Below are positions 45,984 to 49,556 of a stretch of DNA of 49,556 bases, piece by piece. Under the pieces are notes generated by a model. That model searched no databases, had not been told where the DNA came from, and saw only the letters and a list, made by a program, of their open reading frames with translations. The position numbers and the translations under genes are program-made. This DNA is from a bacterium (lineage in GTDB: Bacteria > DRYD01): assembly GCA_039630415.1 (NCBI GenBank), contig JBCNVB010000024.1, positions 1-49,556 of the forward strand. The letters are read 5' to 3'. The stretch's first letter is position 1. The number at the start of each line of letters is the position of its first letter.

Positions 45984-48900
45984 ATGGAGACCTTGAATTG
46001 TATTAACCGCGTAATAAGTAAGCTTGATATCTTACTTCAACTAGTTATAGAGAATCAGCAAATTGGAAGGATAAGTTTGGAAGAATTTTTAGAAAAATGT
46101 TTTGAGATAATTAAAGAATGCAGTCTAGCCCAAAAAGTATATTTCTCCTTATCCAAACCTGATAAAGATCTTTTCTATGAGCTTAGTATAAAAGATGAGG
46201 TTATTGGATATATAGTTTTTGAAGGTTCAGTTGATAAAACGATATTGGACATAGTGGCTTACAGTATAAGGCATGTAGTACTGATTTTTATTTCTTTAGA
46301 TGAGCTTTATTCTTCATTATCCAGGCTAAATTACATTAGTAGTAGGTTCAATACTTATAGGAAAGCTTTTTATGATATTTCAAGAGCTATGTTATTTTCT
46401 CTTTCCGAAGAGACGATTTTGAAAATAATATGTCAGACTACTCAGGAAATAATTTTATGTAGCTCCTGTGTAATATTTTTCAGAAATAAGGTAGTTTATA
46501 GTGTTTCGAATAATTTGATAGAGCAGGAATTGAATTTTGTTATTCCAGAGCTAAAGAGTAAGTTGGATAAAAAGTTTGAGGTTTTTTATGCTGAACAACA
46601 GGTATTAAAGCTGGATAGTGTATATCTCAAGCATCTAAAGAGTGCGTTGATAAAAAGATTTAATGTTCCAATGTTGGGAAGTGGAACATTCATACTTCTA
46701 TTTACTAGGGATATTGACCTGTCTGTTTTGGATATTGATTTTTTATCAACGGTTACAAGTAATATAGCAACTGTACTTGAAACCAGAAATTTATTTGAGC
46801 AATTGGCTATAAAGAATAGATTTTTAGAGAAACTTTTCATAGGGTCTACCAAATTATCTGAAGTTAACTCTTTTGATGAACTTTATCAATACTTGTATAA
46901 TGTTACAAGGGATATATTTTCTGTAGGAGATTTTATTATCTTTGCAAGAAAAAAGGGGGATGTATTTAAAACGGCTTACATTAGAATATCCAATCCCAAG
47001 CTATATAGCTTTATAGAAGCTTCTGAACTATCGATTTTAAGTATACCTGAGGACTTATCTCAAAGATTTAGTTCTTATAAATCGCTTATAGTTTTTAAAG
47101 ATGACGAATATAAGAACGATTTGATAAGATTTTTTGACTTAATATTCCAACGTCCTTACATAGTTATACCAATTATAGAGAAAAACACTATAACTTCACT
47201 CATTACTTTTGATGTAAAGTATCAGTTTTTAGTGACTTATCATGGTATACTTGACATTCTCTTGAATCATCTATCTGTTATGTTTTCTTATGTATTTTCT
47301 AGAGTTAGTGCATATGAAAAATTATTAGCTAAATCAAATGAGAGTGGTATAATTAATAAGGTAATCTTTGAGTATTCTTCTATCAGGGATATAAACGTTT
47401 TGATAAGTAGTATTGTCAAGGAGATAAAGAACTTGGTTAATTACTCTTTACCTGTGTTTGCCTACTACAAAAACGGTAATATTTTGGTAATGAAAACATT
47501 AGATCATTACAAAAGTCTTGTAAATACTGTAGTTGGTAATTTACCGGATTTAATTCTCAAAAAAATCAAAGAGAGTGTATCACTAACGAGTAAGGGGAAA
47601 TTTAAGCCAATTTTGATTAATAATCTAGAGTTATTTTTTGATAATATAAATGTCTATGATTTTGTGAAAAAATCGGAGATAAAGAGTTTACTGATTCTTC
47701 CAATGAAGAGTGAAGTTTTTGATCTGCAGCCCTTGATTATGGTGTTTAGTTTATCTTCTAGATTTGAACAAGAATACATTGAATTACTCTATAGTCTAGC
47801 TAATCATTTTAGTATTTTTTTTGAAAATGCATCAATTTATTCTTTCTTGGAGGAGAGACTTAAAGCTACGGATATACTTTATAATTTCCTTAGGATAGTA
47901 ACTTCTGTTCTAGATCCGTATAATGTCATTATGAATGCTAAGGAATTCATTCAGGAGCTTTTAAAACCGGAAGTATTTTATTTTATTCTTAGAAAGTATA
48001 ATTCATTTGAGGTTTTCTATGCTCATCCGGATTCTCGTGAAGTAGATTACAGGTCTATAACTAAAGCTCTCGGATTAATGGGAAGTAATATTACTATAAT
48101 AAATCAACGTAATGTTTCTGTTGATAAGAACTTCAAAAAGATTTGGAATGAGATTAGTAAAGTTTCCAAGGGTGATCTTAGGCAGATAATTACACTGCCA
48201 ATAGTTTATTTGAGGGAGATTTTAGGATATATAATCTTAGGCACGGCTAGAGATAATATTGGAGATATGGGAATGTTGATCATTAATAATATACCTTATG
48301 TACTTGCTACTCCCTTGAAAAATTCTATGGTTATGCAAGAGCAAGTTGAAATTTCCAATATTATTCGACAAGCTCTCACCACAAAAGTTGACAAAGTTAG
48401 TCTATGTGATACTAAAGTCGAGCTTAGATATAAGCACGTTGCTTCGAGAGAAATAACAGCTGATTGGTTGGAGGTGGTTAACAAAAAAGATAGTCTGGTT
48501 TTAGTTGTAGCTGATGTTTCTGGTAAGGGTGCAAAGTCTGCTATATATACCGCTCAAGCAAAATTCGCAGCTAAATCACTTTTTTATTCTCTTGAGGATT
48601 TCCAGATGGCGGTAAATCAGCTAAATCAAATCCTTTCCTCTACTGTAGAGGACAATACATTCATAACTATGCTTGCTGTTAAATTATATAAAAAAGACGG
48701 AAAAATCTTTTGTGAATATGTAAGTGCTGGTCATGAACCACTTATTGTTATCAAAAAAAATCGTCAAGTATTAACTCTTTCTACTAGGGACATACCACTT
48801 TGTATTGATCAACACTATCAGTATTCGTCTTCTATCTATCAAATAGAAGAAGGGGATATTCTTTTCTTGTATACTGATGGAGTAATTGACATTAAAGATG

Positions 48901-49070
48901 AAAAAGGGAATAGTTTTGGCAGGGAAAGATTAATCAAGTTGCTAAGTACATTACCATGCGAGAATTTAAAAGAACTTGTAGACAAAGTTTATGTAGAGGT
49001 TATGAAGTTTAGTACTGCTCCATTAATGAATCCTCCTGATGATATTACGCTTGTTTTTGTAAAAGTGTGA
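45984..49070 (+). CDS. Multi-GAF-like sensor with a C-terminal SpoIIE/PP2C phosphatase (RsbU-like)
   Basis: ADVSGKG, FITM, SAGH, LYTDG, FG.ERL, DDIT; repeated GAF-like units over the first ~780 aa. Confidence 0.88.
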   Translation: METLNCINRVISKLDILLQLVIENQQIGRISLEEFLEKCFEIIKECSLAQKVYFSLSKPDKDLFYELSIKDEVIGYIVFEGSVDKTILDIVAYSIRHVVLIFISLDELYSSLSRLNYISSRFNTYRKAFYDISRAMLFSLSEETILKIICQTTQEIILCSSCVIFFRNKVVYSVSNNLIEQELNFVIPELKSKLDKKFEVFYAEQQVLKLDSVYLKHLKSALIKRFNVPMLGSGTFILLFTRDIDLSVLDIDFLSTVTSNIATVLETRNLFEQLAIKNRFLEKLFIGSTKLSEVNSFDELYQYLYNVTRDIFSVGDFIIFARKKGDVFKTAYIRISNPKLYSFIEASELSILSIPEDLSQRFSSYKSLIVFKDDEYKNDLIRFFDLIFQRPYIVIPIIEKNTITSLITFDVKYQFLVTYHGILDILLNHLSVMFSYVFSRVSAYEKLLAKSNESGIINKVIFEYSSIRDINVLISSIVKEIKNLVNYSLPVFAYYKNGNILVMKTLDHYKSLVNTVVGNLPDLILKKIKESVSLTSKGKFKPILINNLELFFDNINVYDFVKKSEIKSLLILPMKSEVFDLQPLIMVFSLSSRFEQEYIELLYSLANHFSIFFENASIYSFLEERLKATDILYNFLRIVTSVLDPYNVIMNAKEFIQELLKPEVFYFILRKYNSFEVFYAHPDSREVDYRSITKALGLMGSNITIINQRNVSVDKNFKKIWNEISKVSKGDLRQIITLPIVYLREILGYIILGTARDNIGDMGMLIINNIPYVLATPLKNSMVMQEQVEISNIIRQALTTKVDKVSLCDTKVELRYKHVASREITADWLEVVNKKDSLVLVVADVSGKGAKSAIYTAQAKFAAKSLFYSLEDFQMAVNQLNQILSSTVEDNTFITMLAVKLYKKDGKIFCEYVSAGHEPLIVIKKNRQVLTLSTRDIPLCIDQHYQYSSSIYQIEEGDILFLYTDGVIDIKDEKGNSFGRERLIKLLSTLPCENLKELVDKVYVEVMKFSTAPLMNPPDDITLVFVKV

Positions 49071-49094
49071 ATTGGGTGGAAGGGGGAGAGTAAT

Positions 49095-49556
49095 ATGTAT
49101 GAATGTGCTATAATAGGTGCGGGAGCTGCAGGACTTACTGCTGCTATTTATGCTTCCAGGCTAGGACTAAAAACAATAGTATTCGAAAAGCAGTTGCCTG
49201 GTGGGCAACTACTACTTACTAACGAAATAGAAAACTATCCCGGACACATAAAAATAAGTGGACCTGAAATAGCTAACATCATGTATCAACAGGCTCTTTT
49301 GTCGGGTGCTAAAATAAATACCCTTGAAGAAGTTGAAAAAATTCAAAAAGATGATAAAATAATAACGATTACAACTTCAAATGGTACATATCAATCTTTA
49401 AGCTTAATTATAACTGCTGGTATGAGCCATAGAAAACTTGGTGTAAAGGGAGAGCAGGAGTTTGCAGGTAAAGGTGTTTCTTACTGTGCCTTGTGTGACG
49501 GACCGTTTTTCAAAGGTAAAACATTAGCTGTTGTTGGTGGTGGAAATAGTGCATTG
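49095..49556 (+). CDS. trxB: Thioredoxin reductase (5' part, runs off the window)
   Basis: ATG at 49095: [19 protein letters not shown]...IENYPG...[10 protein letters not shown]...VVGGGNSAL. Confidence 0.95.
   Translation, partial: MYECAIIGAGAAGLTAAIYASRLGLKTIVFEKQLPGGQLLLTNEIENYPGHIKISGPEIANIMYQQALLSGAKINTLEEVEKIQKDDKIITITTSNGTYQSLSLIITAGMSHRKLGVKGEQEFAGKGVSYCALCDGPFFKGKTLAVVGGGNSAL

Noticed and set aside
611-48484. Short ORFs overlapping real genes (e.g. 611-883, 1284-1853, 5013-5216, 9914-10279, 13588-13932, 23762-24121, 42643-43005)
   Set aside because: They lie antisense or out of frame within well-supported genes and have no recognisable motifs; shadow ORFs.

Overview
This is a 49.6-kb, AT-rich (roughly 30% GC by eye), gene-dense bacterial chromosome segment. 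I found no IS element, integrase, prophage or CRISPR array. Most of it is housekeeping: ispD, sufCBD plus a Rieske ferredoxin and a ZIP transporter, mnmE, a CapD/PglF-like dehydratase, mreB, murA, a short atpC, dprA, gatB, DJ-1, menA, ino1, an S8 protease, map, ispF, tsaB, tgt, an O-antigen-ligase-like gene, kamA, hslU, deoB, alkaline phosphatase, an arginase-family gene, tRNA-Gly(GCC), yraN, comEC, namZ, a FliA/WhiG-like sigma factor, ftsE, a VWA protein, mutM, a GAF-PP2C phosphatase and trxB. Operons are heavily scrambled, and many genes lack their usual partners. Firmicute-like synteny remnants together with two beta-barrel-like proteins suggest a diderm, possibly thermophilic, Terrabacteria-type lineage (inference, untested). 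The best candidate for an undescribed system is 12517-15941. It contains two paralogous Gly/Ala-rich hydrophobic proteins with N/Q-rich N-termini and no signal peptide (translocator- or pore-former-like). They are followed by a 75-aa peptide carrying the decamer PFFPFPIENQ twice, with only synonymous differences between the copies. The cluster is preceded by a TTTACA-N5-TTTACA box that recurs exactly upstream of the S8 protease gene 10 kb away. All calls come from motif recognition by eye; no database searches were run.
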